The notes below the pieces were generated by a model. That model did not search any database. It worked only from the letters and a program-made list of their open reading frames with translations, and was not told the DNA's origin. Source: Prasinococcaceae sp. CCMP 1430 (Eukaryota > Plantae > Prasinodermophyta). From it: a DNA stretch of 39,804 nt. Position 1 is the stretch's first letter. Each line of letters begins with the position of its first letter. Location of the stretch: NCBI GenBank assembly GCA_013416795.1, contig RQSC01000029.1, positions 79,420 through 119,223 of the forward strand, read 5' to 3'. Shown here piece by piece: positions 1-9,383 of the stretch. The translations under genes were made by a program, and so were the position numbers.

Positions 1-241
1 CTACCCCACCCCCCCACCTTCCCCCTCCTTCCGTGCTCCACTTCAGCAAGACGCCCCGGGCCGCGGTGGCAACGCGCGCGCGCTTTCGAACGCCTCGCCG
101 GGCGGCAAGGCCGCGCGCGCGATGAAAACGCGCCGCCCGCCCACGCAGCCCGCCCGCCCGCCGGCGCTCTCTCTCTCTCACACACACACGCGCGCGCGCG
201 TGCGCGCGCGTGTGTGGTGGCGTGGCGTGGCGGAGCGGGCC

Positions 242-266
242 GGGGTGGGGTGGGGTGGGGTGGGGG
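242..266 (+). repeat. (GGGGT)n G-tract array, potential G-quadruplex
   Basis: GGGGTGGGGTGGGGTGGGGTGGGGG has five runs of at least 4 G with 1-nt loops, in intergenic DNA. Confidence 0.6.
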
Positions 267-346
267 AGGCGGTGTGTGTCCGGTGGGGAGGGGGGGACTC
301 AGCGCGCGCCTCTCGGCGCTCGCCCCGAAGGGCGCGCGGCGCGCGA

Positions 347-362
347 GTGCGCTTTGACCTCG
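347..362 (+). promoter_or_regulatory. Recurrent upstream motif GTGCGCTTTGACCTCG (copy 1)
   Basis: Identical over 16 bp to 8900-8915, with variants at 8881, 15089 (reverse) and 22483. All copies are in 5' intergenic regions. Confidence 0.5.
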
Positions 363-761
363 CACGCCCGAACAAAAAAGAAAAAGTCCCCCCGCCCCAC
401 CAAAAAAAAAAAAAAAAGGATGCCCCTCCTCCCGCTTCCCTCTGTGAATTCCGAGTCGCGTTGCAATTTTTTTCCTCCAAAGCTCTTCATTGAAACATGG
501 CATTGAAATGAAAAATACAATGGTATCATCGCATCGGCGCGCGCGGCGCGCGCCTCCGCCGTCCGCGCGCGTTGGACGGTCGGTGCGCGTTTCCGTTTCC
601 GGGTCCGGCGCTGGGCTCGCCGGCGCGGGGAGAGGCGCGTGCGCTGAGCCTCGGAGTGAAAGTCCTATTCGAGACCCGCTCACGGCAGGCGCCTCGCGTG
701 TGTGGTGTGTGTGTTGCGTGGTGTGGCGTGCGTGTGTGTCGAGCGCGCGCGGGCCACACGC

Positions 762-764
<3 letters not shown>

Positions 765-790
<26 letters not shown>
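765..790 (+). repeat. Poly-G homopolymer (26 nt)
   Basis: Uninterrupted G run directly after a possible splice acceptor (CACGCAG). It may be a sequencing or gap-fill artefact. Confidence 0.8.
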
Positions 791-792
<2 letters not shown>

Positions 793-1132
793 CGGCTTTG
801 ATGACCTCGGCGGGGAGCGCGGCGCGGCGGACGCGTTCACGCGGCTCACGGCGGCGCGGGACGCGCTGCTGCGCGACATCCCAGACGCGCGGGGCGGGAC
901 GAGTGGCGTTGGGGGCGGCGCGCGTGGGGGCGCGTGGTGGGAGTGGGCCTCCGCCCAGCGCGTCCTCCGCATCGAGGGCATGGCCGCCCGGCCGACGCCC
1001 ATCACTACCCGCAACATCCGGCTCTTCGCGAGCGTGCTGCTCATGCTACCGCTGTCGGCGGCCGTCTTCAGCCTCCACCGCAACAGCAAGCTGCCGTACA
1101 GCAATCCGCTCTACGCGAGGAGAATCATATGA
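791..1132 (+). CDS. 3' part of a hypothetical protein with a possible J-domain-like last helix and a C-terminal hydrophobic segment
   Basis: Coding-like codon usage. GGERGAADAFTRLTAARDALL resembles J-domain helix IV, but no HPD motif is visible. TM-like segment IRLFASVLLMLPLSAAVFSL; stop TGA at 1130-1132. The 5' end is unresolved at the poly-G run. Confidence 0.4.
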
Positions 1133-1288
1133 GACAGCACAGCGGGCAGTCCGCGAGCGCCGCGCCAGGCGCGCTTGTACACTACTGTAGCAATTTATTG
1201 TACGTGGATGGTCAGCGCGCCGCTGGCGCGCGCGCAGTCGTGAACGCACGCGCGGGCGAGCGGACGCTGCGCTTCCGGCGCGTGGTGT

Positions 1289-1289
<1 letters not shown>

Positions 1290-1378
<89 letters not shown>

Positions 1379-1379
1379 N

Positions 1380-1461
<82 letters not shown>
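1290..1461 (+). repeat. (GT)n dinucleotide microsatellite, about 170 bp with an internal N at 1379
   Basis: Directly visible; lies between two convergent stop codons (1132 and 1479). Confidence 0.95.
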
Positions 1462-1465
<4 letters not shown>

Positions 1466-1478
1466 ATTATTGGCGCCG

Positions 1479-3893
1479 TCAGCAGTCCCCTCGCTGTGGA
1501 GGAGCGAGGACGGCCGCACGCCGCGCGAGGGCGTCGGCATTCTCACGCTGAGATGCACCTATCTCGCGCTCGACGCGCTCGGGCGTCAGCTGCACGCCCG
1601 AGCCTCGGAGTCGTGCGGTCGGCGTCGGCGAGCTCGCCGCGGCGGCCACACTTTTGCTGCCGGCCCGGTAGTACCTGATGTGGTCCTCAACGATCGATGG
1701 GCCGGTTGCCACGCCGCGCACGCCGTTCATGCCGCACGCGCGGTAGCCAGCGCCGCCCGCTGACCCAATACCGAGTGCCTCATCCTCGCTGTCGGTATCC
1801 TCGAGCGGCGAGCGCGAGTCTGAGCCCGAGTCCAGCTGGCTGTCGCTCGTCGTGTCGCTCGTGTCGCTTTGCGCGCGCCGCCAGCGCGCGTCGCCGAGCG
1901 CGCTGCCGCCGCGGGCCAGCGGCGATTGTACGTACCAAACGCCCCCGCAGTCGCTGCCGCTGCCGTCACTTCCATCGCCGCTGACGCCGCCTCGCTTGCG
2001 CGCGACGAGCTCGCGCATGGTAGGCGTGGCGGCCTTAGCTTGGGCTGGCAGCGCACACGCGCCGTCGACCGCGCCAGTGCTGCTCGAGGCGGGGCGCGGG
2101 TGTAGCACGGCGTCCTCGTACCGTGGCGGCGAGCCGGAGCGCGGAAGCACGTGCGGCGTGGTGGCGCGCGCGGCGCGCGCCGAGCGGACTGACGACAGCA
2201 GCTGCTCAAGGTCGGCCTCGAGCACCGCATCGGGGGGGGTCCTGGGCGTGCATGGCGAACTGGGCGAATCCGCGCCCGCGCCGTGCTCGCGCTCGCGCAG
2301 CACAGGCACGCGCCTGTCGAGCCATTCGTTGAAGCTGGTCAGCCACTGCGAGCCAGACTGGCGTTTGAACTCCTCCGCGCGCTCGCGCAGAGCGTCGGCC
2401 TCCGCTTCGCCCGCCGCGAGCGCACCGAGGAGGGGCGGTTGGCGCAGCGGCGACGCCGTTTCAGACACACCGCTGCTGCGTGAGCCGCCGCTGCCGCCAG
2501 CCGTGGCTCCGGAGGGCGTGGCGGCGTGTGCGACCCACGTTGCCCCGCCTCGAGCGGACTCCTCGGCCTCGGCGATTGTGCGTATGCGCGGCCGCCGTCG
2601 CCGTCCGCCACCCGCTCGCCGCTCGATGCCTCCGGCCCCGTCGCCCGTGCGCGCGCTCGAATCCCCACTGTCGTCGCTGCTGCCTCCGTCGAGGCTGCCG
2701 CGCCGCCATGCCGTTTCCAGCCGCTCAGGCAGGGCACGCGGCGAGAGGTGCTGCTGTGCGCGCGCGGCGGCTGCCGCATCGACGTCAGCATTTCCTTGAG
2801 CGCGCGCGCCCGGCAAGCCGCGCGCAGGTGTTGCGCGCACGGTCGCCGCGGCTTCAGTGACAGTGGGAGCGTCGCCGTCGAGCGTCACCAGGGCACCCGC
2901 GAAGGCCGCGAGCACTCCCAGGCGATAGCCGGACGCCCACGCGACGGGGTTTTCCTCGAGGCACAGCGCGCGCAGCGATGAGAGCGAAGCGAGGCGGGCC
3001 ACATCCGAGACGTCGGCGAGCACGTTTCCTGCCAGGTCGAGCGCGGCGAGGTGGGCGAGCGGCAGTGCGCTCGCCACACGCGCGAGCGCGTTGCCCCGCG
3101 CGGCGAGCACTTCGAGCGACGCGGCGGACGCCTCGAGGCCGCGCAGCGATGCGAGGCGGTTGAACGACACGTCGACCATCACGAGCGTGCGCACGCAGCC
3201 GAGCGCGTCCAGGCGCTCGAGCGAGTTCCACGAAAGGTCCAGGCGCGTGAGCGCGCCGCCGCCCGCGGCCGCGCGTAGGCATGCCGCGCTCAGCCGCTCG
3301 AGGCCGCACTTTCGCGCGCGCAGCGACGAGAGCCGCGGCCAGGCAGGCGCGTCGTCCAGCGACGCCTCGTCGGCGCCGCACAGCAGCGCCTCGCCCAGAG
3401 CGCCGACGCCCTCACCGCGCGCTTCGGATGCGTCCGTCGCGGCATCGTCGGCCGCGAGGAGCGCGGTGCAGCGCTCGAGCTCGAGCGCTTCGAGGGCGTC
3501 GCGCAGCGCCGCGATTGCCTCTGCACCAGCGCCGCGCGCCACGGCGCAGCGCTCGAGCCGCAGATGCCGAAGCGACGCGAACGGCGCGTACGAGCTCGGC
3601 GCGCGCGGAAAAGGGCGCGTTTCCGGCTCGGCGACCAGCTCGAGCGCGCGCACGCCGCCCAGCACGCGCGCGGTCCCCTCAAGCTGCTTGAAGAACGGCG
3701 CATCGGGGCCGTACTGCCGCAGATACTCGACGGGCGCTCGCTCGCACGCCTCGCGCGCGGCCTGCAGCTCGCGCAGCGCGGCCTGCGTGGCTTGCAACGC
3801 GCGCGGCGCGATGCGCAGCGGCGTCGCGCCGCCGCACAGCGCGCGCGCGTCGCGTGCCGCAAGCGTGCCCAGCCGCTCGACATCGGCGCGCCC
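1479..3893 (-). CDS. STK11IP / plant LIP1-like leucine-rich-repeat protein (5' end unresolved at N 3895)
   Basis: The frame stays open upstream of the listed ORF (GRADVERLGTL...PLRIAPRAL). It has the APVEYLRQY motif, LRRs (LTRLDLSWNSL, VDVSFNRL, LDLAGNVL), the LRR cap LCLEENPVAWASGYR, and LRERAEEFKRQSGSQWLTSFNEWLD, which resembles the conserved plant LIP1 segment. Confidence 0.75.
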   Translation of the reverse strand, partial: GRADVERLGTLAARDARALCGGATPLRIAPRALQATQAALRELQAAREACERAPVEYLRQYGPDAPFFKQLEGTARVLGGVRALELVAEPETRPFPRAPSSYAPFASLRHLRLERCAVARGAGAEAIAALRDALEALELERCTALLAADDAATDASEARGEGVGALGEALLCGADEASLDDAPAWPRLSSLRARKCGLERLSAACLRAAAGGGALTRLDLSWNSLERLDALGCVRTLVMVDVSFNRLASLRGLEASAASLEVLAARGNALARVASALPLAHLAALDLAGNVLADVSDVARLASLSSLRALCLEENPVAWASGYRLGVLAAFAGALVTLDGDAPTVTEAAATVRATPARGLPGARAQGNADVDAAAAARAQQHLSPRALPERLETAWRRGSLDGGSSDDSGDSSARTGDGAGGIERRAGGGRRRRPRIRTIAEAEESARGGATWVAHAATPSGATAGGSGGSRSSGVSETASPLRQPPLLGALAAGEAEADALRERAEEFKRQSGSQWLTSFNEWLDRRVPVLREREHGAGADSPSSPCTPRTPPDAVLEADLEQLLSSVRSARAARATTPHVLPRSGSPPRYEDAVLHPRPASSSTGAVDGACALPAQAKAATPTMRELVARKRGGVSGDGSDGSGSDCGGVWYVQSPLARGGSALGDARWRRAQSDTSDTTSDSQLDSGSDSRSPLEDTDSEDEALGIGSAGGAGYRACGMNGVRGVATGPSIVEDHIRYYRAGSKSVAAAASSPTPTARLRGSGVQLTPERVEREIGASQRENADALARRAAVLAPPQRGDC

Positions 3894-4861
3894 GNAGCGC
3901 GCGGCAGACTCCGCGCGCGCGCGAAAGCGTCGCGCGGCGGCGAGCCGCGCGCGCCGCGCCCCCCCGGCCCGATCCGAAACACGAGGGCGAACTCCATCCG
4001 TCCAGCCAGCTCGATGGGTCTATCGATCGATCGATTATTCGGGGGACGACCCGCGATCAGTCCGGGCGAGCGTCGGGTCATCCGCGCGATGACCCCGGTT
4101 CGACCGCTGACTGACCGGGTTCGTTCGCCGTGGGGGCGCGCGCGCGATTTTTTTCGTTCGAACGCGGCGCGAAACGGAAGGCGAATTGCGGCGGTTCCAG
4201 TCAATTCAGTCAATTTCAATCTGATTGTATAGTTGCTCCCTCAAATTGTAGTTCATCGCAATAGAAAATCCGAATCCGCGCGAATGCGAAGCGGGCGGCC
4301 GCAGCAGAGGTCGAAACGGAAGCGGCAGCGGCAGCGCGCGCGCGCTCGCGCGGGGCGATGGCTCCGGAGAGACCGGGTGTGTGTGCGCCGGTCCCACCGG
4401 TATTGAACGGGTTGGACGGGGTGGTTAGGTGGGGAAACGGGGTAATCCGCGTTGGGGAACCGGGGGTGTGTGATGGGGCGCGTGCGCGCGAACGCGCGCG
4501 GACTCGCCGTACGACTGGTGATCCAATCCGATCACGTCGCAGCACGCGAAGTCGGAGCGGCGCCAGTCGAACCTGCGGGGGGCGCGAGCGAGCGATCGGG
4601 CCGGCGAGCGGGCGGGTAGCGCTCTATGGGCGGGCGGGCGTCCCTTCCCCCACCCCCCACCCACCCCCCGCCGCCCGCGCGTGCTGGGCGCGAGCGTGGC
4701 GCTAGAGCGCGCTCGCGTCCCTCGGGTGGGCCAGGCCGTTCGCCTCTGGGTCGAGGGCACGCCAGTCTGCGGTCGCTGACCCGCGCCCGCGCCACGCGCA
4801 CGCCGCTCGCGTGCCCGCTCGCGCCGTGCGTCTGCATCCCGGGCGCGCCGCGCCGCTGCAG

Positions 4862-5690
4862 GCGTCGCGTGGCCGCCAGGACTATGACCACCTGGTGAAG
4901 CTGCTGCTCATTGGTGACAGCGGCGTGGGCAAGTCCTGCCTCCTGCTGCGCTTCAGCGACGACCAGTTCACAACGAGCTTCATCACGACCATCGGAATCG
5001 ACTTCAAGATCCGTACGCTCGAGCTCGACGGCAAGCGCGTCAAGCTGCAGATCTGGGACACCGCGGGGCAGGTGCGCAGCAGCGCGGGCGCAGTGCGTGC
5101 GGTGCGAGGCGCGGGCACGACACGGAGCTGACGGCGTGCGCGCGCGGCTGTGCGCGCTCCGTCGCCCCCGCAGGAGCGCTTCCGCACGATCACGACTGCG
5201 TACTACAGAGGCGCGATGGGCATCCTGCTGGTGTACGACGTGACCGACCTGAAGAGCTTCGAGAACATTCGGCAGTGGATGCGCAACATCGAGCAATACG
5301 CTAGCGACGGCATCAACAAGATTCTGGTGGGGAACAAGTGCGACCTGGTGAGTGGGCGCGCGGCGCCGGCAGCGCCTTGGGCGCGGGGGCGCAATGCGCG
5401 TGCTGACTCATCGCGCCCGCCTGCTCCGCCGTGCTCTGCAGGACGAGAGCAAGGTGGCCGTTCCCACGAGCCGCGGCAAGGCACTCGCCGACGAGTTCGG
5501 CATTCGCTTCTTCGAGACGTCCGCCAAGCTCAACATCAATGTTGAAAACGTGTTTTGCACCATCGCCCGCGACATCACGCAGCGCCTCGCGGATGGTGCC
5601 GATCGCAGCGTGGACCTCGAGGTAGCGGCCAAGGTCAAGCTCGAAAAGAAGAGCAAGAAGAAAAAGAAGAAGGATTCGTCGTGTTGCTAG
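4862..5690 (+). CDS. RAB8: Rab GTPase, Rab8/RabE/Sec4 clade. Exons 4862-5071, 5174-5347, 5442-5690; the first exon with the ATG lies upstream and is unresolved.
   Basis: Motifs [27 protein letters not shown]|ERF, GNKCD and ETSAK, with a C-terminal CC prenylation site. Introns 5072-5173 and 5348-5441 are GT..AG with a GCTGAC branch site. Confidence 0.92.
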
Positions 5691-5962
5691 AGACTGTCCG
5701 GGCGCACGCGGGGTGGGGGAGATAATTTCGTGCGCGCGTGAGTGCTGGCTGGGGGGCCTCGGGCGGTGGCGACAGCTGGCTCACTGGCACGAAGACGCAG
5801 GCGCGCGCAGGCGAGCGCGGCGCGTAAGTACTACATTCATTCACACTTACAGCACCCACGCACTGCAGCACGCAAACACCCTTCTCCTCGTTTGTGTCGA
5901 CACTACGGGCCACCGGCTCTCGCCCGCGCAGCGGTCGTTCACTCTCACAGGTCTGTCGGCGC

Positions 5963-8650
5963 TCACTCGCTCTTGCCGTCGAAGACCGCGCCTTCGTCCG
6001 TGCCAGCGAAGCCGGGGAACACACATGTGCACACGATGCGCGACGCCGCCTCGTCGGTGTCCACAGTCGGCGAAGCGCGCAATAGCTGCACGTAGAGCAC
6101 GGCGAAGAGGAGCGCGAGAGCCATCCACGCCTGGGCCGGGATGACGCAGCACACACTGCCTGAGACCGAGTCGAGGCGCTGCAGCGCCTCACCAGCTTTC
6201 TCGAGCATGTCATGCGATGTCATGCCCAGCATGTTGCGGATGCGGCTGGCGTCAGCGGGGGAGATCTCCTTCAGCTTCGTCGCGATCCTGGCTTCGTCAG
6301 CCTCGTGGCCGTCGTCGGCAGGGGAATCACCGGCGCCAGCGCGCACGGACGGAGAGCCCGCCGCGCCCATTTCGCGGCGCATTTGCTCCGCAAGCACCAA
6401 CTGCATTTCGTGCAGATGCCTTTCCATGCTCGGCTTCAGCTTGGCGAAGGTGGCTTTTTCGATCTTGCCTCTGAACATCGTGCTTTTGAGGAAGGTGACC
6501 TGGCCGCTGGCCACGCATTGGCACGCGGGCCCGCCGTCCGGACGCTGGACAGGGGTGACGTCGAACCGCGTGTCCACGCGGAAGTAATCGCCGAAGGGGA
6601 TGTCGAGGTTACTCTGCGACCCCTCAATTAACACGGCGGCGCGGTCGGGCTCGTCTGGATTCTCAGTCCACAGGCGGTAGCGTTGCACCTGGTGGCAGCG
6701 CGTCGTCTTTGGCCCCATGCTCTGACCCGTCGCATGGACGAAGGTGATCTCGCGCACGTGCTCTCCAAGCTCAGTGCCTGTGGTCCAGTCGGTTATGTTG
6801 ACGTCGGTGTCGCCGCGCGACTGTCGCAGGCGCGTCTCGAAGTCGCCGTTCGCCAGGAAAGTCGTGAAGAAGTGCGGCACCGAGCACGGATATGTGGCGG
6901 ATGCCAGCCTGGCCATTGAGTCCGGCACAGGCGTTGGTGTGCGCATCGTGCACGGCGACAGCAGCTGCGCCATGGTGCTCTTGCCTCTGGTCAGCTTCGC
7001 GCCTGTGTCCCGCGCGTCGTCCACGCCAACGAGGCCGTCGGGCGTGCCCACCTCGGAGCCCTCGTCGGCGTCGCCTTCATCCCCACTCATGGCATTTTCA
7101 CCTGCCACTGACTTGTCCCCGGCAGACCCGCCCTGGAAATACCTCTTGACTTCTGCGCCAGCGGCTTTGAATGCCTTTCGCCCGCGGTGCTTGCGCTCGC
7201 GCTTGCGTCGCCAACTGCTGCCCTTCGCTGCCACCCGCGCGCCGTCACCTTCGCCCGAGGCGGCGGCCTGCGCAACTGCGGCAGACGTGAGCGAACGCCA
7301 CGCGTCCGCTTCAAGGTGCGCGTCAGTGCCTGCCGCGCTGGCGTTGGTGCCCGCTTTGAAGTGCTGCGATGCGTCGGGCGTCTCCATGGAGCCGTGAGCA
7401 CGGCCGCCGGGGCGCTCACCCTCCTCGTCGAGCGCGAGGGTCGGGACGCCGGTGGTTTCACTCACGTCTCCAGCCTCGCCGCGGCCTGTTGCCACGCTCG
7501 AACCCAGGTGCAGCTTGGCATATCCGCTCTTCTTCGACCACTGCGCACAAATGTCCTGATAGGCGTCCTCGCGTCGGAGGAAGCTGGTGAAGCGATACGC
7601 TTTGCCCTCACAAACGATTTCGATCGTGTTGGGGAAAGTACCAAGCTTGCGGCGTTTATTGACCGCCGTGGTGCTCCGATGCGGAAGCAGGAGCTTGGTG
7701 GTGTAGCCCATGATGTTGGAATAGAAACCCACGTACGAGGTGAGCACGTACAATCGCCCTTGGAGGAGCACCTTGCCGTCTAAGGCACAGGCGTAGTCGG
7801 AGAGCACTCGCTCGCGCCTGTCTTCGTCTGTAAAGGACGTCCCATCCCAGTTCGCGCTGTCACCGGCAACGCCCTCGTCCTCTTCAGGAATGTGCGCGTG
7901 CGTCTCGTGAAGGCCGAGCTTCTGCAGCACGACCGCCTCGTCGTGGGGAACGGCCTCGAACCGTTTGGCGACTCTTTCCATGCCTACTTGGACGCCCGAC
8001 AGCAACCGCCGCGAGATGGAGTGCCTTGGCTGCCTGGACCCAGATGCGTGCGATTGAGCGGCGGGCAGTGGGCCGTGCGCTTCGCCCGTCGTTTGCGCGG
8101 CGCCACCGAGCTCGTGGGCGTTGTCGCCGCTCAGAGTGCGACCCGAGCTTAGCAGCGCGCGCTCCGGTGCAGGCAGCGCCGTGCTTGCCGTGTAATCATC
8201 ATCGGGCAACAGCGGCATGGACGTCGCCGTCGAGAAGCGCGCCAGCCCAGCCTGGACGTCCGAGTCTAGGTCGCTCCCTGTGCGCGTCGCAAGCTTCGCT
8301 GGCCCGTCGCTGTCTTCGGAGGCCTCTGCAGGGGTGCCACCATACTCTTCGTTTAGCTCCTCGCTGCGCGTCCCCCCGTGTTTTACGGTGAGCGAGGGGC
8401 GCACGAAGGAGGAGGTAGCCGCGTCGCCATCGACGGCTGGGGCGGCGCTGACCGTGGCACGCACATCGGATGGCGGGCTCATCAGCGACGGAGCGGGTGG
8501 CGACGGACTCTTAGATGACTCTCCCCTCGCCGCGAGCGCTGCCCGCACGAGCCGCTGCTGCTCGCTGTCTGGGTGCAGGCCGCTGTCTCCATTGGAGCTG
8601 CCGCCGGTGGCATGCTCGGCGTCGATGGGCCTCGACGGGGGCGATGGCAT
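5963..8650 (-). CDS. GRAM + VASt (StART-like) domain lipid/sterol transfer protein, VAD1/LAM/GRAMD1-like
   Basis: GRAM domain (LLQGRLYV..YVGFYSNI..FPNTIEI..YRFTSF), VASt domain (DIPFGDYFRVDTRF, FLKSTMFRGKIEK) and a C-terminal TM helix (AWMALALLFAVLYVQLL). Confidence 0.88.
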   Translation of the reverse strand: MPSPPSRPIDAEHATGGSSNGDSGLHPDSEQQRLVRAALAARGESSKSPSPPAPSLMSPPSDVRATVSAAPAVDGDAATSSFVRPSLTVKHGGTRSEELNEEYGGTPAEASEDSDGPAKLATRTGSDLDSDVQAGLARFSTATSMPLLPDDDYTASTALPAPERALLSSGRTLSGDNAHELGGAAQTTGEAHGPLPAAQSHASGSRQPRHSISRRLLSGVQVGMERVAKRFEAVPHDEAVVLQKLGLHETHAHIPEEDEGVAGDSANWDGTSFTDEDRRERVLSDYACALDGKVLLQGRLYVLTSYVGFYSNIMGYTTKLLLPHRSTTAVNKRRKLGTFPNTIEIVCEGKAYRFTSFLRREDAYQDICAQWSKKSGYAKLHLGSSVATGRGEAGDVSETTGVPTLALDEEGERPGGRAHGSMETPDASQHFKAGTNASAAGTDAHLEADAWRSLTSAAVAQAAASGEGDGARVAAKGSSWRRKRERKHRGRKAFKAAGAEVKRYFQGGSAGDKSVAGENAMSGDEGDADEGSEVGTPDGLVGVDDARDTGAKLTRGKSTMAQLLSPCTMRTPTPVPDSMARLASATYPCSVPHFFTTFLANGDFETRLRQSRGDTDVNITDWTTGTELGEHVREITFVHATGQSMGPKTTRCHQVQRYRLWTENPDEPDRAAVLIEGSQSNLDIPFGDYFRVDTRFDVTPVQRPDGGPACQCVASGQVTFLKSTMFRGKIEKATFAKLKPSMERHLHEMQLVLAEQMRREMGAAGSPSVRAGAGDSPADDGHEADEARIATKLKEISPADASRIRNMLGMTSHDMLEKAGEALQRLDSVSGSVCCVIPAQAWMALALLFAVLYVQLLRASPTVDTDEAASRIVCTCVFPGFAGTDEGAVFDGKSE

Positions 8651-8880
8651 GATTGTCTCCGCGCGCCCGCGCGTTGGCGTGGCCGAGGGCGTGTCTCCGT
8701 GTCAAATGCTGAGTTGGCAATTGCTTTCAGTCGCGCAACTCAATGGGAGCGCGTCCGGCGGCGCGCCGAGGAGCACGCGCGGCGGCGCGGCGGCGCGACC
8801 GCGGCCCCGGGGCCGCGCGGCGTGTGGCGCGCGCGCGCGGCCGCTGGGAAAAAGCGCGCCGAAAATCTCTCGGCGCGGCG

Positions 8881-8918
8881 GTGCGTTTTGACCTCGGCGG
8901 TGCGCTTTGACCTCGACG
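8881..8918 (+). promoter_or_regulatory. Tandem 19-bp duplication containing GTGCGYTTTGACCTCG (copies 2 and 3)
   Basis: GTGCGTTTTGACCTCGGCG followed by GTGCGCTTTGACCTCGACG, about 230-270 bp upstream of the VASt gene ATG. Confidence 0.55.
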
Positions 8919-8993
8919 GGGGGCTGCACACGTGTCAGCGCGCTCGAACGCACATTCACTCGCACGCGCGCGGAAAAATCAAGGCAAAAGTGA

Positions 8994-9028
8994 TAAACCC
9001 TACACCCTACACCCTAAACCCTGCACCC
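8994..9028 (+). repeat. Interstitial telomere-like / telo-box heptamer array
   Basis: TAAACCC TACACCC TACACCC TAAACCC TGCACCC, a degenerate form of the (CCCTAAA)n Arabidopsis-type telomere repeat. Confidence 0.65.
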
Positions 9029-9383
9029 ACCCGCTGGAGCCCCCCAACCGTGGCCGCGCGTGGCATCCCGGTGGGTCACCCCGAACACGACAGAGGAAGA
9101 TGCTCTTTCTCTTGATGCCCCTCGTCCGGATCTTTTCCCCGGTGTTTTCTGGGGGGGGTGGCGGATTGAATCGGGTGTTTTCTGGGGAGGCGATCGACCC
9201 CGGGTCTGGCGGTGGTTGCTCGCCGTGGCGGGGATGGGGAAGTGCTCGACGCGAGGGGGTGTTGGCGCGCCACAGCGCGCACAGTGGCGGCCCTCTCGCG
9301 TGCGTGCCGCGCAGGGCCGCCTTGTCTAAGTACTATGGCGAAGCAGAAGCGCCGCGCCGCGCTGGCAGCGGCGCTCGGCGGCG

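Noticed and set aside
1046-1763. ORFs encoding poly-(CV) and poly-(HT)
   Set aside because: These are translations of the GT microsatellite.
4021-4095. ATCGATCGATCGAT palindrome and a GGGTCATC/GATGACCC hairpin in the LIP1/Rab promoter
   Set aside because: They are short and isolated, with no RNA-gene or transposon-end context, and cannot be distinguished from chance.
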